This document shows positions 11,133 to 27,368 of a stretch of DNA of 64,000 nt, piece by piece. Location of the stretch: assembly GCF_016903815.1 (NCBI RefSeq), contig NZ_CP069973.1; one strand, given 5' to 3'. Both the position numbers and the translations under genes were made by a program. Under the pieces are notes generated by a model, which worked only from the letters and a program-made list of their open reading frames with translations, ran no database searches and was not told where the DNA came from. Source of the DNA: Escherichia coli. Its GTDB lineage: Bacteria; Pseudomonadota; Gammaproteobacteria; Enterobacterales; Enterobacteriaceae. The first letter of the stretch is position 1; the number at the start of each line of letters is the position of its first letter.

Positions 11133-11945
11133 TTAGTCCGCCAGAAATAGCGGGCCCATTGGCGGTTTTGGAAGATCATACCGGTCAGGGTAATCCACCG
11201 CGACCAGATACAGCCCTTCCGCTTTTGCCGTTGCTGCCGCCAGCGTTCTGTCCTTTGCCGCCAGCAACTCTGCTATCCAGCTCTCCGGCTGGTTGTGGGC
11301 ACCGACTTCCATCAGGCTGCCGACAATATTCCTGACCATATGATGTACAAAGGCATTCGCTTTGATATCTACCACCACATAAGGACCGTGACGCGTGACA
11401 TTAATATGCATAACGTTGCGCCACGGGGTTCGGGATTGGCACTGCACCGCACGGAACGAGGTGAAATCATTCTCGCCCAGCAAGCATTGCGCGGCCCGAT
11501 GCATCCGTTCAGCGTCCAGCGGTTCGTAAAAATGGGTTACCCCTTTACTCAGTACCGCCGGGCGCAGCCGATGATTGTAGATGATGTAGCGATAACGGCG
11601 AGCCGTGGCGCTAAATCGGGCATGAAAATCATCAGGTACAGCTTTAACCCAACGCACGGCGATGTCACCAGGTAAATTCGCATTTACGCCCAACGTCCAC
11701 GCAGCGTCTTTGCGCTGCGCGGTCGTTTCGAAATGCACAACCTGCCCGGTGCCGTGTACACCTGCGTCAGTACGCCCGGCGCAGAAGACGGTGATCGGTT
11801 CGTTCGCCACCTGGGAGAGCGCCTTTTCCAGCTTCTCCTGCACACTGCGGACTTCGTTCTGCCGTTGCCAGCCGTAATACTTACTGCCGTCGTACTCAAT
11901 GCCCAGCGCAATTTTATAAACTGGCGGTTGTTGCTGGTCGGACAT
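11133..11945 (-). CDS. truA: tRNA pseudouridine(38-40) synthase TruA
   Basis: 270 aa with catalytic-Asp motif GRTDAGVH. Confidence 0.96.
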   Translation of the reverse strand: MSDQQQPPVYKIALGIEYDGSKYYGWQRQNEVRSVQEKLEKALSQVANEPITVFCAGRTDAGVHGTGQVVHFETTAQRKDAAWTLGVNANLPGDIAVRWVKAVPDDFHARFSATARRYRYIIYNHRLRPAVLSKGVTHFYEPLDAERMHRAAQCLLGENDFTSFRAVQCQSRTPWRNVMHINVTRHGPYVVVDIKANAFVHHMVRNIVGSLMEVGAHNQPESWIAELLAAKDRTLAAATAKAEGLYLVAVDYPDRYDLPKPPMGPLFLAD

Positions 11946-12958
11946 TAGTACAGATACTCCTGCACCAGTTTCTCGGCGATTTTTACTGCCATCAGCGCGC
12001 CGCCAAAGCGAACGTTATCGGCCACCGACCAGAACTGAACTTGCTCCGGCATACCGTAGTCATTACGTACGCAGCCAACGGAAAGATGCGGCGTACCAGA
12101 AGCATCCCCCACCTGAGTCGGGAATTCGTTCTCTTCAGAGAGCACAATATCTTCGCCCTGAGCAAACGCATCACGCGCTTCTTCTGCCGCCAGCGGACGC
12201 AGAGCTTCAAAGTTGACCATCTGGGCATGACCGTAGAATACCGGTGCCTGGACGACGCTTGCCGAAATCATCAGCCCTTCGTCCTGCAGGATTTTGCGTA
12301 CTTCGTCAACGATACGACGTTCTTCACGCACGCTACCTTCGCTATCCGGCAGTAACGGCAGCATGTTGAACGCCAGCTGACGCCCGAAGAAATCTTCTTC
12401 ATCAATCGGAATGCCGTTGAGCAATTTAGCACTCTGCCCCGCTAACGCATCGACCGCTTTTTTGCCCTGGGCGGAGGCTGAAATCAGGCTGGTAACGCTG
12501 ATACGCGACAAACCGCCCTGATCGATTAACGGTTTCAGTGCCGCCAGCAGCTGACTGGTCAGACTGTCTGGTACGGCGATGACATTCCGGTTGCGGTAAT
12601 CGGTCAGTACAAACGGGTTTACTTCCGGCACCACCAGCGGTACGTCGGGTTCGAGAGCAAACAATCCGCTGCTGTCGATCACCAGGCAACCTGAGTTGGT
12701 CGCTTCTTCAACCCAGGCAGCGGTAGCTTCTTTGCCTGCGACAAAAAACGCCAGCTGCGCCTGCGTCCAGTCGAATTCAGCGGCATCCTGCACGGTGATT
12801 GTCTTACCACCAAAGCGCAGTTGTTCGCCTGCGCTTTCGTTACGTGCCAGTGCATAAATTTCCCCAACCGGGAACTGACGTTCAGCCAGCGTTTCAAGCA
12901 GGGCTTCGCCCACAGCGCCAGTTGCGCCCAGGACGGCAATGTTCCAGCCTTCAGACAT
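11945..12958 (-). CDS. usg: USG-1 protein (aspartate-semialdehyde dehydrogenase homolog)
   Basis: 337 aa with NAD(P)-binding N-terminus VLGATGAVG. Overlaps the truA start by 1 nt, consistent with the pdxB-usg-truA operon. Confidence 0.93.
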   Translation of the reverse strand: MSEGWNIAVLGATGAVGEALLETLAERQFPVGEIYALARNESAGEQLRFGGKTITVQDAAEFDWTQAQLAFFVAGKEATAAWVEEATNSGCLVIDSSGLFALEPDVPLVVPEVNPFVLTDYRNRNVIAVPDSLTSQLLAALKPLIDQGGLSRISVTSLISASAQGKKAVDALAGQSAKLLNGIPIDEEDFFGRQLAFNMLPLLPDSEGSVREERRIVDEVRKILQDEGLMISASVVQAPVFYGHAQMVNFEALRPLAAEEARDAFAQGEDIVLSEENEFPTQVGDASGTPHLSVGCVRNDYGMPEQVQFWSVADNVRFGGALMAVKIAEKLVQEYLY

Positions 12959-13023
12959 GGTGGTTTACTCCAGAAATAGCAAAGCTCCCTGCCAATATTA
13001 CAGCAGAGAGCATGAAGAAGAGA

Positions 13024-14160
13024 TTAACGTGCCGGATGATGAACGGCGTTAAAACCCAGTTTACACAGCAATGATGCCGCGCTGGCGTCATCACAAATTA
13101 CATACAGAGATGACCATTCACGGCGCTCAAGATAGTTTTTGCGCAGCTTATCGAACTCACCCGGTATTCCGGCGACTTTACGCAGCGGTGCGTCATCGCG
13201 GCGCACATCATACACCAAATGCACCAGCCTTTTCAGCGTCGGTTGATCGAGCGGGCCATGCAGCGTAATGCGGCCAAACTCTGGCGCGGGCAGCAACGTA
13301 TCCAGCGCAACGTGTTGTTCATGCCCAATAAACTTGCTATAAGCTTCAAACACTTGCGTAGTACCGCGTGCTTTACCTTCCAGGGTATAGCCTGCGATAT
13401 GCGGCGTGCCGATATCCACTTTTTTCAGCAATTCCACGTTGAGTTCCGGTTCGCCTTCCCAGACATCCAGCACTACGCTTAACTTCTGGCCTTCGTTCAG
13501 ACAGGTCAATAGGGCAGTATTATCGACGACTGCGCCACGGCAGGCGTTAATCAGAATCGCTCCGGGCTTCAGGCTACGGATCAGTTTTTCATCCGCCAGA
13601 TGTAGCGTTTTGTACGGACCATCTTTAAAGAGTGGCGTATGGAAAGTCAGAATATCCGCATGCTGAACTAATTCATCCAGCGAGCGGAAATCACCCTCAT
13701 CCCCACGGTCGGCGCGAGGCGGATCGCAAAGTAAGGTTTTAATCCCTAACGCTTCCAGTCGTGCCTGTAAACGCCGACCAACGTTACCAACGCCCACGAT
13801 CCCCACGGTACGCTCGCGCAGTGAAAATCCATCGCGTTCGGCAAGCATCAGCAGGGAGGAGAAAACATATTCCACCACCGCAATCGCATTACAGCCAGGT
13901 GCCGCGGAAAAACCAATTCCCGCCTGCTTTAACCACGCTTCATCGACATGGTCGGTCCCCGCGGTGGCAGTGCCAACAAATTTAATGGGTTTTCCTGCCA
14001 GCAAAGATTCATTCACTTTCGTGACCGAACGCACCATCAGCGCATCCGCGTCTGCCAGTTGAGCGACGGGGATTGGACGCCCGGGAACCGCGGTCACCTC
14101 ACCCAAACGGCTAAATAAGTCGCGGGCATAAGGCATATTTTCATCAACAAGGATTTTCAC
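13024..14160 (-). CDS. pdxB: erythronate-4-phosphate dehydrogenase PdxB
   Basis: 378 aa, D-2-hydroxyacid dehydrogenase family, with NAD-binding motif [12 protein letters not shown]. Confidence 0.96.
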   Translation of the reverse strand: MKILVDENMPYARDLFSRLGEVTAVPGRPIPVAQLADADALMVRSVTKVNESLLAGKPIKFVGTATAGTDHVDEAWLKQAGIGFSAAPGCNAIAVVEYVFSSLLMLAERDGFSLRERTVGIVGVGNVGRRLQARLEALGIKTLLCDPPRADRGDEGDFRSLDELVQHADILTFHTPLFKDGPYKTLHLADEKLIRSLKPGAILINACRGAVVDNTALLTCLNEGQKLSVVLDVWEGEPELNVELLKKVDIGTPHIAGYTLEGKARGTTQVFEAYSKFIGHEQHVALDTLLPAPEFGRITLHGPLDQPTLKRLVHLVYDVRRDDAPLRKVAGIPGEFDKLRKNYLERREWSSLYVICDDASAASLLCKLGFNAVHHPAR

Positions 14161-14258
14161 GTTTGTGTTACCTGTATGAGACGAGAGTTAACCGGACAAG
14201 TGTGCCATAATCTCGCGGCCAGGCATACTTGCGAAGATTTCAGGTATAAGGATACGTA

Positions 14259-16432
<2,174 letters not shown>

Positions 16433-16625
16433 TTACTCCAGAATGCAGCGCAAGGCGAGGAGTCTCCCCGTCTCATCTCTCTGGTTTTCAGGGTTACGGT
16501 GCGTTGGCAGGATTTAACGCGTACGTCTTTTCAGAAGGAAATCGACAAAGCGGGAAGTTTGCCTGGAACAGGCGGCGATTGTCAATAATGTGAAAAAGGG
16601 AACCATCAGGTTCCCTTTTGCGTTA

Positions 16626-16700
16626 GTGTCGGATGCCGCATTGGCGCGTAATGTTGGATGCGACGCTGGCGCGTCTTATCCGACCTACTCCGGCCTACTG
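16626..16700. repeat. REP/BIME element
   Basis: gtgtcggatgccgcattggcgcg...ggatgcgacgctggcgcgtcttatccgacctac; REP-type palindromes between yfcJ and fabB. Confidence 0.8.
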
Positions 16701-16704
16701 CGAA

Positions 16705-17925
16705 TTAATCTTTCAGCTTGCGCATTACCAGCGTGGCGTTGGTGCCGCCGAAGCCGAAGCTGTTAGACATAACGGTGGTCAGTTCGCGATCGGTCGTTTC
16801 GGTCACGATGTTCAGACCCGCAGCCTGCTCGTCCAGCTCTTCAATGTTGATGCTCGGGGCGATAAAGCCGTGTTCCAGCATCAGCAGAGAGTAGATAGCT
16901 TCCTGTACGCCAGCAGCGCCCAGAGAGTGACCGGTCATTGCTTTGGTTGCAGAAATCGCCGGGCTCTTATCGCCGAATACTTCACGGATAGCCGCCAGCT
17001 CTTTCACGTCGCCAACCGGAGTCGAAGTACCGTGAGAGTTCAGGTAGTCGATTGGGGTATCAACACCGTGCATCGCCATCTTCATGCAGCGCACTGCGCC
17101 TTCGCCAGACGGAGCAACCATGTCTGCGCCATCAGACGTTGCGCCGTAGCCAACGATTTCAGCGTAGATATGAGCACCACGTGCCAACGCGTGTTCCAGT
17201 TCTTCGACCACCACCATACCGCCGCCGCCAGCGATAACGAAACCGTCACGGTGAGCGTCATAAGTACGGGAGGCTTTTTCCGGGGTGTCGTTGTATTTGG
17301 TAGACAGCGCACCCATCGCGTCGAATTCGCAAGCCATTTCCCAGCACAGCTCTTCGCCGCCGCCAGCAAACACGATGTCCTGTTTGCCCAGTTGGATCTG
17401 CTCTACTGCGTTACCGATACAGTGTGCGGAAGTCGCACACGCGGAGCTGATGGAGTAGTTAACGCCGTGAATCTTAAACGGCGTGGCGAGGCAGGCAGAA
17501 ACGCCGGATGCCATCGCTTTGGTGACCACATACGGGCCTACCGCTTTCAGGCCGCGCGGGCCGCGCATTGCGTCAGCGCCGAACACCTGAAAACGCGGGG
17601 AACCGCCGCCGGAACCTGCAATCAGGCCAACGCGCGGGTTATTCTGGTAAGCTTCCGGGGAGAGGCCAGCATCTGCAATTGCCTGCTCCATAGAAAGGAA
17701 TGCATAAATGGATGCGTCGCTCATAAAGCGCACAACTTTGCGGTCAATGAGGCCAGTGGTATCCAGTTTTACGTTGCCCCAGACGTGGCTACGCATGCCG
17801 GAATCCTTCAGCTCCTGAGAGAAAGTGATCCCTGAACGTCCTTCACGCAGAGATGCCAGGACTTCCTGCTGGTTATTACCGATGCTGGAAACAATGCCCA
17901 GGCCAGTAATCACTGCACGTTTCAT
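16705..17925 (-). CDS. fabB: 3-oxoacyl-ACP synthase I (KAS I) FabB
   Basis: 406 aa with active-site Cys context [10 protein letters not shown] and C-terminal [10 protein letters not shown]. Confidence 0.97.
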
Positions 17926-17972
17926 TCAATACCTCTGTAAGTCGCACATAGAGTAAGTTTCGAATGCACAAT

Positions 17973-18007
17973 AGCGTACACTTGTACGCCGAACAAGTCC
18001 GATCAGC
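17973..18007 (-). promoter_or_regulatory. fabB promoter operators (FabR palindrome plus adjacent FadR-like box)
   Basis: Palindrome agcgtacacttgtacgc (17973-17989) abuts gaacaagtccgatcagc (17991-18007), which resembles the FadR consensus. Both lie 50-80 nt upstream of the fabB ATG. Assignment is from recalled fabB regulation. Confidence 0.55.
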
Positions 18008-18017
18008 CAATTAATAG

Positions 18018-20090
<2,073 letters not shown>

Positions 20091-20107
20091 TCTCCTTTGG
20101 CAGTGTT

Positions 20108-20139
20108 TGCCGGATGCGGCGTGAACGCCTTATCCGGCA
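20108..20139. repeat. REP element
   Basis: tgccggatgcggcgtgaacgccttatccggca, between the convergent genes mnmC and yfcL. Confidence 0.8.
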
Positions 20140-20145
20140 CATTAC

Positions 20146-20424
20146 TTACTGCTGTGACGCCTGCTGAAACAGGTTTTCCCACATATCGGTCACCAGCGCC
20201 TGGTCACGCGGCGACAACTCACCGGCACCAATGGCTTTTTCCAGACTCTGGCTAACGGTTGTATGTACCGCCTGGGCGGAGTGGTCATCACCACTTTCCA
20301 GTTCTGCGATGGCTAATGTCAGGTGGCCACGCAAATACCCACTGGCAAACAACTCATCATCACTGGCATGGTCAACCATACCGTCGATTAATGCCAGAAT
20401 GCGTGATTCAAACTCCGCGATCAT
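20146..20424 (-). CDS. yfcL: YfcL-family small protein
   Basis: 92-aa ORF, first in the co-directional run yfcL-epmC-yfcA-mepA-aroC-prmB. Named by synteny and recall. Confidence 0.88.
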
Positions 20425-20457
20425 CTTCTTTCCTCATTGTAAAACGTGGCGCTGGCT

Positions 20458-21006
20458 TTAGTTGAGCGCTTCCGGCCACGGGAACTGTTCCGCCGTAAGT
20501 TCCGGCGTGTGATAATAATTTTGTAATGCTTTAATGAAGCGTGCCGGGCGTTCAGGAATGCCGTTTTCCAGATAATCCATCACCTGTGCATGTACCCGCC
20601 GTTGAAATACCACGCGGTCCGGTTCGAAATCCCCTTCCAGATTGTCGCAGCTAACATTAAACGGATATCCCGCCGCCACACAGAACAACCAGTCGAACGC
20701 CTGCGGCTTCACTTCAACATCTTCAAACTGGCTTTGCGTTTGGGCATCGCGTCCGTCCGGGCAATACCAGTAGCCGAAATCAACCAGCTCACGGCGCGCT
20801 TTCCCGGCAATACACCAGTGCGAAATCTCATGAATTGCGCTGGCATAAAAGCCATGAGCAAAGACGATTCGGTTATACGGTACTTCCGCATCAGCAGGAA
20901 GATAGATCGGTTCGTCGTCGCCTTTAATCAGACGGGTATTAAAATCATCGGCAAAGCAGCTATTAAAAATTTCAATCAACTGCTCATAGTGGTGTGTACT
21001 GTTCAT
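20458..21006 (-). CDS. epmC: EF-P beta-lysyl-Lys34 hydroxylase EpmC (YfcM)
   Basis: 182-aa ORF. Named by synteny and recall of the YfcM sequence. Confidence 0.88.
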   Translation of the reverse strand: MNSTHHYEQLIEIFNSCFADDFNTRLIKGDDEPIYLPADAEVPYNRIVFAHGFYASAIHEISHWCIAGKARRELVDFGYWYCPDGRDAQTQSQFEDVEVKPQAFDWLFCVAAGYPFNVSCDNLEGDFEPDRVVFQRRVHAQVMDYLENGIPERPARFIKALQNYYHTPELTAEQFPWPEALN

Positions 21007-21815
21007 TAGTTAATCCCCAACCAGTGGAGGATCTCCTGTCCGTGGCTATCGTAAAGTAATTTGGCACTCATCACCGCTGAGACAATAACAATCATCGGGC
21101 GGATCAGCTTTTGTCCTTTGCTCAACACCAGTCGTGAACCCATGCGCGCGCCGAGGAACTGCCCCACCAGCATCACGAATCCTGTCGCCCAAATCACTTT
21201 GCCACCGAGAATAAACAGCAGTAAACCGCCGATATTTGACGTTGCGTTGAGTAATTTGGCGTGAGCCGTGGCTTTGGCGAGGTTGAATCCGCACAGCGTA
21301 ACAAAGGCCAGCGCGTAAAACGATCCCGCTGCCGGACCAAAGAAGCCGTCATAAAAACCGACGCAGCCACCGGCAATTAACGCGAAGGGTAAACCGTACA
21401 TCCGGCGCTGGCGATCTTCTTCACCCAGCTTTGGCATCAGCAAGAAATAGAGGCCGATACAAATCACCAGAATGGGCAAAATCTGCCGTAAGACATCAGC
21501 CTGAACATACTGCACCAGCAATGCGCCGCTCATTGAGCCGACAAAGGTCATGGCGATATTGAGTTTCTGATCGCTTAAACTAACCACTTTGCGGCGAATA
21601 AAGTAGATAGTGGCGGAAATAGAGCCGCCGCAGGCTTGCAGTTTATTGGTTGCCAGCGCGTTAGCGGGAGACATCCCCGCCGCCATCAATGCCGGAATAG
21701 TGAGTAACCCACCGCCACCGGCAATCGAGTCGATAAATCCCGCCAGCATGGCGACAAAAAAGAGAACTCCCAGCAACAGCGGGGAAACCATAAACAGGCT
21801 ATTAAACGTTTCCAT
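21006..21815 (-). CDS. yfcA: TSUP (TauE/SafE) family membrane protein YfcA
   Basis: 269-aa multi-TM ORF. Overlaps neighbouring genes by 1 nt at both ends. Confidence 0.9.
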   Translation of the reverse strand: METFNSLFMVSPLLLGVLFFVAMLAGFIDSIAGGGGLLTIPALMAAGMSPANALATNKLQACGGSISATIYFIRRKVVSLSDQKLNIAMTFVGSMSGALLVQYVQADVLRQILPILVICIGLYFLLMPKLGEEDRQRRMYGLPFALIAGGCVGFYDGFFGPAAGSFYALAFVTLCGFNLAKATAHAKLLNATSNIGGLLLFILGGKVIWATGFVMLVGQFLGARMGSRLVLSKGQKLIRPMIVIVSAVMSAKLLYDSHGQEILHWLGIN

Positions 21816-22639
21816 TAGATCACGTGCTCATCCAGTAGCGCCTGGCAGGAAGGCGGCAACGGAGGCGGTGTCTTCTTCTCAGGCTTTGTTGTTCCCGGTT
21901 TTGGAGGTTCAAACCAGCTTTGCAGTTCTGCCCCGCAACCATCGCCCGGTGGCGGTAAAGGTTGATCTTCACACTCCAGACTATCGGCAGGACAACGTAA
22001 TCGTACATGCATATGCGCGCGATGCTGGAACCAGGGTCGCACTTTGCGCAACCAGTCGCGATCGGTGCCCGCATCAAGGCAAAGTTGTTGTTTAATCGCC
22101 GGATTAACAAAAATGCGTGTGACGTCTTTGTCCTGGGCGGCGAGTTTGATCAAGCTGAAAATTTCCGGCTTCCACAGCGTCGGGACAACGTGTTTACCGT
22201 CGCGGGAAACTAAATCTAACGCTTGCGGGCGCAAGAGCTGCGCGGAGGTCCAGCGTGTTTTTGGCAGTTGCAGGAAGATGTCCACATCCAGTCCGGTCTG
22301 GTGGCTGGCGTGACCGCCGTTGAAACGACCACCAGCAGGCATCCCCATATCGCCAATCAGCACCGTGCCCAAGCTCAGATTGCTCACCTGGCTACTCAGA
22401 CGCTGGATAAACATCACCAGATCCGGATGTCCGAAATAGCGACGCTGATCGGTACGCATGACCTGATAATGTTCGGACTGTATCGGCAGCGTGTCAGCGC
22501 CGACGATACAACCATTAGAAAAACTGCCTATCGATTGTGCGCTACCCGGCACAGGTTGGGTTATTTTTTGCCACGGCGTCGCTGCCAGGCTGGCGCTACT
22601 GGCAAGCAGGGCCAGCAGCGCAATCGCGGTTTTGTTCAT
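21815..22639 (-). CDS. mepA: penicillin-insensitive murein DD-endopeptidase MepA
   Basis: 274 aa with signal peptide [19 protein letters not shown]. Position downstream of aroC. Confidence 0.93.
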   Translation of the reverse strand: MNKTAIALLALLASSASLAATPWQKITQPVPGSAQSIGSFSNGCIVGADTLPIQSEHYQVMRTDQRRYFGHPDLVMFIQRLSSQVSNLSLGTVLIGDMGMPAGGRFNGGHASHQTGLDVDIFLQLPKTRWTSAQLLRPQALDLVSRDGKHVVPTLWKPEIFSLIKLAAQDKDVTRIFVNPAIKQQLCLDAGTDRDWLRKVRPWFQHRAHMHVRLRCPADSLECEDQPLPPPGDGCGAELQSWFEPPKPGTTKPEKKTPPPLPPSCQALLDEHVI

Positions 22640-22642
22640 TTT

Positions 22643-23728
22643 TTACCAGCGTGGAATATCAGTCTTCACATCGGCATTTTGCGCCCGTTGCCGTAACAGG
22701 TGATCCATCAAAACGATCGCCAGCATCGCTTCTGCGATCGGCACCGCACGGATCCCAACACAAGGATCGTGACGGCCTTTGGTGATCATCTCAACTTCTT
22801 CGCCAAAGCGGTTAATGGTACGCCCTGGCACGGTAATGCTGGAGGTTGGCTTCAGCGCCATATGGGCAATGATTTGCTGCCCGCTGCTGATGCCGCCAAG
22901 AATGCCGCCTGCATGGTTGCTCTGGAAACCGTCTTTAGTGATTTCGTCGCGGTTCTGGCTGCCACGCAGCGCCACCACGTCAAAACCATCACCAATTTCT
23001 ACGCCTTTCACCGCATTGATGCTCATCAGCGCATGGGCGATGTCGGCATCCAGGCGGTCAAAGACCGGCTCGCCAAGTCCGGCGGGGACGCCACTGGCAA
23101 CAACGGTGACTTTCGCGCCGATGGAGTCGCCCTCTTTTTTCAGCGCGCGCATCAGTTCATCTAACGCGTCGATTTTGTCCGGGTCCGGGCAGAAAAACGG
23201 ATTTTGCTCGACCTGCGACCAGTCTTTGATTTCCAGCGGAATGTCACCCATCTGGGTCAGGCAGCCGCGAATCTCAATGCCAAATTTCTCGGCGAGATAT
23301 TTTTTTGCAATCGCCCCTGCCGCCACGCGCATGGCGGTTTCACGAGCGGAAGAGCGCCCGCCGCCGCGATAATCGCGCAGACCGTATTTTTGTTCGTAGG
23401 TGTAATCGGCATGGCCTGGACGGAAAACGTCTTTAATGGCGCTGTAATCCTGAGAACGCTGGTCGGTATTTTCGATCAACAAGCCAATGCTGGTGCCGGT
23501 AGTAACGCCTTCAAAAACACCGGAGAGAATTTTGACCTGATCCGGCTCACGACGCTGGGTGGTGTAGCGCGATGTCCCAGGGCGACGACGATCAAGGTCA
23601 TGTTGCAGGTCCGCTTCCGTCAGCGGAATGCCTGGCGGAACACCATCGACGATGCAGCCGAGCGCCAGCCCGTGCGATTCGCCGAAGGTGGTTACGCGAA
23701 AGAGTTGTCCAATTGTGTTTCCAGCCAT
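22643..23728 (-). CDS. aroC: chorismate synthase AroC
   Basis: The ATG at 23728 gives [20 protein letters not shown] (361 aa). The ORF-track start at 23731 is a GTG one codon upstream. Confidence 0.96.
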   Translation of the reverse strand: MAGNTIGQLFRVTTFGESHGLALGCIVDGVPPGIPLTEADLQHDLDRRRPGTSRYTTQRREPDQVKILSGVFEGVTTGTSIGLLIENTDQRSQDYSAIKDVFRPGHADYTYEQKYGLRDYRGGGRSSARETAMRVAAGAIAKKYLAEKFGIEIRGCLTQMGDIPLEIKDWSQVEQNPFFCPDPDKIDALDELMRALKKEGDSIGAKVTVVASGVPAGLGEPVFDRLDADIAHALMSINAVKGVEIGDGFDVVALRGSQNRDEITKDGFQSNHAGGILGGISSGQQIIAHMALKPTSSITVPGRTINRFGEEVEMITKGRHDPCVGIRAVPIAEAMLAIVLMDHLLRQRAQNADVKTDIPRW

Positions 23729-23762
23729 CACGGCTCCGTTATTGTTGTGTTTGCGTGTTTAC

Positions 23763-24695
23763 TTAATCTTTATAAATCGCGAAATGTTCACGGGCCGCCA
23801 GCAGCTGCTCTTTGGTGAGCATAAACACACCATCGCCGCCGTTATCAAACTCCAGCCAGGTGAACGGAACATCCGGATATTGTTCCATAAGATGTACCAT
23901 GCTGTTGCCCACTTCACAAATCAGCACGCCATCATCAGCGAGGTAATCTGCCGCGTTTCCGAGAATGCGACGCGTCAGTTTCAGGCCGTCGGTGCCAGAT
24001 GCTAGGCCCAGTTCCGGCTCGTGACGGTATTCGTTTGGCAGGTCGGACATATCTTCCGCATCGACATACGGCGGGTTAGTGACAATCAGGTCGTACTGCA
24101 CTTTCGGTAAATCACGGAACAGATCAGAGCGAATCGGAATGACGTTGTGGATCAGACCGTGTTCTTCGATGTTCTGTTCAGCAACCGCCAGCGCGTCGGG
24201 AGAGATATCCACCGCGTCAACTTCCGCATCCGGGAAGGCATAAGCACAGGCAATGGCGATGCAGCCGCTACCGGTACACATATCTAAAATATGCTGCGGT
24301 TGCTTGCTGATAAGTCCGGCAAATTTATTGTTGATCAATTCACCAATCGGCGAGCGCGGCACCAGCACACGTTCATCGACGTAAAATTCATGACCGCAGA
24401 ACCACGCTTTGTTAGTCAGGTAAGCCACCGGAATGCGTTCATTGACGCGGCGGATCACGCGCTCAACAATACGGTGTTTTTCGCTGGAGGTCAGACGCGC
24501 GGTGCGCATATCTTCCGGGATATCCAGCGGCAGGTAGAGTGAAGGCAACACCAGTTGCACGGCTTCATCCCACGGGTTGTCAGTGCCGTGGCCGTACCAG
24601 ATATTCGCCGCGCTGAAGCGGCTCACCGACCAGCGCAACATGTCCTGAATGGTTTGCAGCTCATTTACTGCTTCATCAACGAAAATTTTATCCAC
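23763..24695 (-). CDS. prmB: ribosomal protein uL3 Gln N5-methyltransferase PrmB
   Basis: The frame is open to 25028, but the GTG at 24695 follows a GGAGG Shine-Dalgarno sequence (24701-24705, minus strand) and gives (M)DKIFVDEAV, 310 aa. SAM motif [10 protein letters not shown] and NPPY motif VTNPPYV are present. Confidence 0.93.
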   Translation of the reverse strand: MDKIFVDEAVNELQTIQDMLRWSVSRFSAANIWYGHGTDNPWDEAVQLVLPSLYLPLDIPEDMRTARLTSSEKHRIVERVIRRVNERIPVAYLTNKAWFCGHEFYVDERVLVPRSPIGELINNKFAGLISKQPQHILDMCTGSGCIAIACAYAFPDAEVDAVDISPDALAVAEQNIEEHGLIHNVIPIRSDLFRDLPKVQYDLIVTNPPYVDAEDMSDLPNEYRHEPELGLASGTDGLKLTRRILGNAADYLADDGVLICEVGNSMVHLMEQYPDVPFTWLEFDNGGDGVFMLTKEQLLAAREHFAIYKD

Positions 24696-24860
24696 GTATT
24701 CCTCCAGGGCATGATCGCAATAATTTCGGCGGCTAGTTTGCCATGAAGATGACGATAAATCAGCATTCACGCGCGGTGAGTGAGGAAAAATACGTTTAAA
24801 ACGATCGATTGCGCTACGAGTCGGGTAAACTGTAGGAAAATTAGAAATAGAGACAGATAA

Positions 24861-25412
24861 ATGAAAAAGAAAACAACACTTAGCGAGGAGGACCAGGCTC
24901 TGTTTCGCCAGTTGATGGCGGGGACTCGCAAGATTAAGCAGGACACGATTGTCCACCGACCGCAGCGTAAGAAAATCAGCGAAGTGCCGGTGAAACGGTT
25001 GATTCAGGAGCAGGCCGATGCCAGCCATTATTTTTCCGATGAATTTCAGCCGTTATTGAATACCGAAGGTCCGGTGAAATATGTTCGCCCGGATGTAAGC
25101 CATTTTGAGGCGAAGAAGTTACGCCGTGGCGATTATTCACCGGAGCTGTTTTTGGATTTGCACGGTTTGACGCAGCTGCAAGCCAAGCAGGAGTTAGGCG
25201 CATTGATTGCCGCCTGTCGCCGCGAACATGTGTTTTGTGCCTGCGTGATGCATGGTCATGGGAAGCATATTTTGAAGCAGCAAACGCCGCTGTGGCTGGC
25301 GCAACATCCGCATGTGATGGCATTTCACCAGGCACCAAAAGAGTACGGTGGTGATGCGGCATTGCTGGTGTTGATTGAAGTGGATGAGTGGTTGCCGCCG
25401 GAATTACCGTGA
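24861..25412 (+). CDS. smrB: Smr-domain ribosome-rescue endonuclease SmrB (YfcN)
   Basis: 183 aa with a C-terminal Smr domain ([11 protein letters not shown]...). Divergent from prmB. Confidence 0.92.
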
Positions 25413-25425
25413 ATGCTGGCATCGA

Positions 25426-25461
25426 ATGCCTGATAAGACGCTTCAGCGTCGCATCAGGCAT
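25426..25461. repeat. REP element
   Basis: atgcctgataagacgcttcagcgtcgcatcaggcat; a perfect REP-type palindrome between the convergent genes smrB and yfcO. Confidence 0.8.
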
Positions 25462-25481
25462 CAGTGCACAACGACGAGCTA

Positions 25482-26345
25482 CTACAGCATATTCAGTACG
25501 TACTGGAATCGACAGGTAGAATCAATAGGTTGCCGCGAGGTGGTATCCACGCGAAGCACCATATCATGAAGCTCTTTGTCGGTAATGGGGTGACGATTTG
25601 GTGTTACCGTCACTTTGGCATTGTCACAGCCCGATGAGGTGAAGGTGAGCATCTGCGACACCCAACGACAATAAGCACCACGATCGTCAGTATCACCAAA
25701 TTTGCTGCCGTCACACAGTTTGCCGTCTTTCATCAGGTAGGTGGAGAGCGTTTTTTCAATTATCCCGCCGGTAGACTGGAGCGCTAACGTCTTATCATGC
25801 ACAACCCGACTTTCATTCCAGGAGACATCATAAGGCCCTAACGGTATAGGTGGACAAGAAGAGTTACTGACTGTGCGTCCGGAATAGGTTCCCGGAGCAG
25901 GATCAATAAGATCAATGCTATCTGCATGTGTCGATACCAGCCACGGGCAGCCATGAACGCTGGAGTCTTCCTTCCAGACTTCCATTCGTATTTCATAACA
26001 AGTCCACATCGTCCTTTGCGCACGGCTGTCATACTCTGCAAGCCCCGGACAAGATGATTGTGATATCGCTGTCATCGATATGACTTTTAATGATGGTGCA
26101 GGGCCAGGTCCCGTCCAGCTTTTCAAAGGTATCCATCCAGTGATTAAACCGGTGTTATTTGGTGTCTCATAAACACCGTGATTGACGCTATCGGGGGTAA
26201 GAACATCAAGATAATAAGTTATCTTCGTAGAATAGCTTGCATACCCTATCGGTGTATACATTGTTGCAACAATGACATTCGCCTGAACTGCTGTACTGAA
26301 GAAAAGTGATATCAGCAGGCCCAAAATCCAGCGCATTATTTTCAT
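25482..26345 (-). CDS. yfcO: YfcO-like exported protein, distal gene of the yfc fimbrial operon (putative tip/adhesin component)
   Basis: The ATG at 26345 gives MKIMRWILGLLISLFFSTAVQA, a signal peptide. Last gene of the chaperone-usher cluster. The adhesin role is inferred from position only. Confidence 0.8.
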   Translation of the reverse strand: MKIMRWILGLLISLFFSTAVQANVIVATMYTPIGYASYSTKITYYLDVLTPDSVNHGVYETPNNTGLITGWIPLKSWTGPGPAPSLKVISMTAISQSSCPGLAEYDSRAQRTMWTCYEIRMEVWKEDSSVHGCPWLVSTHADSIDLIDPAPGTYSGRTVSNSSCPPIPLGPYDVSWNESRVVHDKTLALQSTGGIIEKTLSTYLMKDGKLCDGSKFGDTDDRGAYCRWVSQMLTFTSSGCDNAKVTVTPNRHPITDKELHDMVLRVDTTSRQPIDSTCRFQYVLNML

Positions 26346-26346
26346 C

Positions 26347-26892
26347 TTAAATATACTCAAACGTTGCGGTTAACTGGGCGGTAAAATTACCAGGTGTTAC
26401 ATCACGCCCCTCTTTTGCCTGTAACCATGCTCTGAAATTAAGACTGTTATTGCCATCATTCAGCACAAAGGTCACTCCCGTCGTGTTATTAATAGCAACA
26501 GCAGTACCATCAGTAGTTTCCATACCAATGCCTACGCCCTGTGCACCAGAGGTATCATCCAGAGCCAGAAATCCCGGTTGCCCACTGTCTTCTGTTCCGG
26601 TCAGAGTAACTTTTACGCTGTACTGCGCTGGCCCACGGCAATCTTTCAGGCGAAAAACCACCGGTACACGATCGGACTGACCGCGCACCATCAAATCTTT
26701 GTGGCTAATATTCGCAAACTGTACCTCTGCCAACGTTCCAGCCTGTTCCACCGGAGTACAGGTTTTGCTCATCAGGTTGCCGTAAAAATGCAAATTATTA
26801 GCTGCCAGTGCTGAATGACTCGCCAGCACCAGCACACCGCCCAACAGAAAGGTTTGCACCCTGATACATTGATATTTCTTCAGTTTGTTCAT
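26347..26892 (-). CDS. yfcP: fimbrial minor subunit YfcP
   Basis: 181 aa with a signal peptide and a C-terminal pilin beta-strand ending ...LTATFEYI, typical of type-1/P-like pilins. Confidence 0.88.
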   Translation of the reverse strand: MNKLKKYQCIRVQTFLLGGVLVLASHSALAANNLHFYGNLMSKTCTPVEQAGTLAEVQFANISHKDLMVRGQSDRVPVVFRLKDCRGPAQYSVKVTLTGTEDSGQPGFLALDDTSGAQGVGIGMETTDGTAVAINNTTGVTFVLNDGNNSLNFRAWLQAKEGRDVTPGNFTAQLTATFEYI

Positions 26893-27368
26893 TGATAATC
26901 CACCTGCAATGTGGCGTAAGCGGAAAAGTTACCGTCAGTCAGCGTGGCATCGGAAGCTTTTACAGGTGCGGCCTTCAACTTCGGCAGGTTGGCGGGTGTC
27001 ACGTTAAGCGGGGTATTCAGCTTAAAGGGCTGACCGTTTTGCTGGAGTTCAATCCCTAATCCCGTGACATCCGTCTGAATCGCCGCATCGTTATAGTTGG
27101 TCTGTGTACCGGTCCAGGTTAGCGTCATTACCCAGGCGTCATCGGTAATATCAGGGTCACACGTTATCTGGTACGGAACATCTTTGCGGTAATTAACCCC
27201 GTCAATATTGTCGATAATGACGTCGATAAACTGGATCTCAATATCATCACCATTGCTGACGGTGCAGACCGGAGGTTCGATCAGCGTACCCGTGAAGGTG
27301 ATATCTTCCGGTGCGGCATGCGTTATGGTGCAAAAAGCGGATAATAAAATTAACGAGAGTCGTTTCAT
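26889..27368 (-). CDS. yfcQ: fimbrial minor subunit YfcQ
   Basis: 159 aa with signal peptide MKRLSLILLSAFCTITHA and a pilin-like C-terminus ...ATLQVDYQ. Confidence 0.88.
   Translation of the reverse strand: MKRLSLILLSAFCTITHAAPEDITFTGTLIEPPVCTVSNGDDIEIQFIDVIIDNIDGVNYRKDVPYQITCDPDITDDAWVMTLTWTGTQTNYNDAAIQTDVTGLGIELQQNGQPFKLNTPLNVTPANLPKLKAAPVKASDATLTDGNFSAYATLQVDYQ

Noticed and set aside
16633-17835. 400-aa ORF on the plus strand, the second-longest unexplained ORF in the track
   Set aside because: It lies entirely antisense to fabB, whose product has unmistakable KAS I motifs. Its composition (Arg/Ala/His-rich, no motifs) is what the reverse frame of a high-G+C, codon-biased gene gives. The same reasoning rejects the other long antisense ORFs: 7388-7969 vs dedD, 9460-10083 vs accD, 22779-23818 vs aroC, 21610-22095 vs yfcA/mepA, 52567-53091 vs gp14/gp26.
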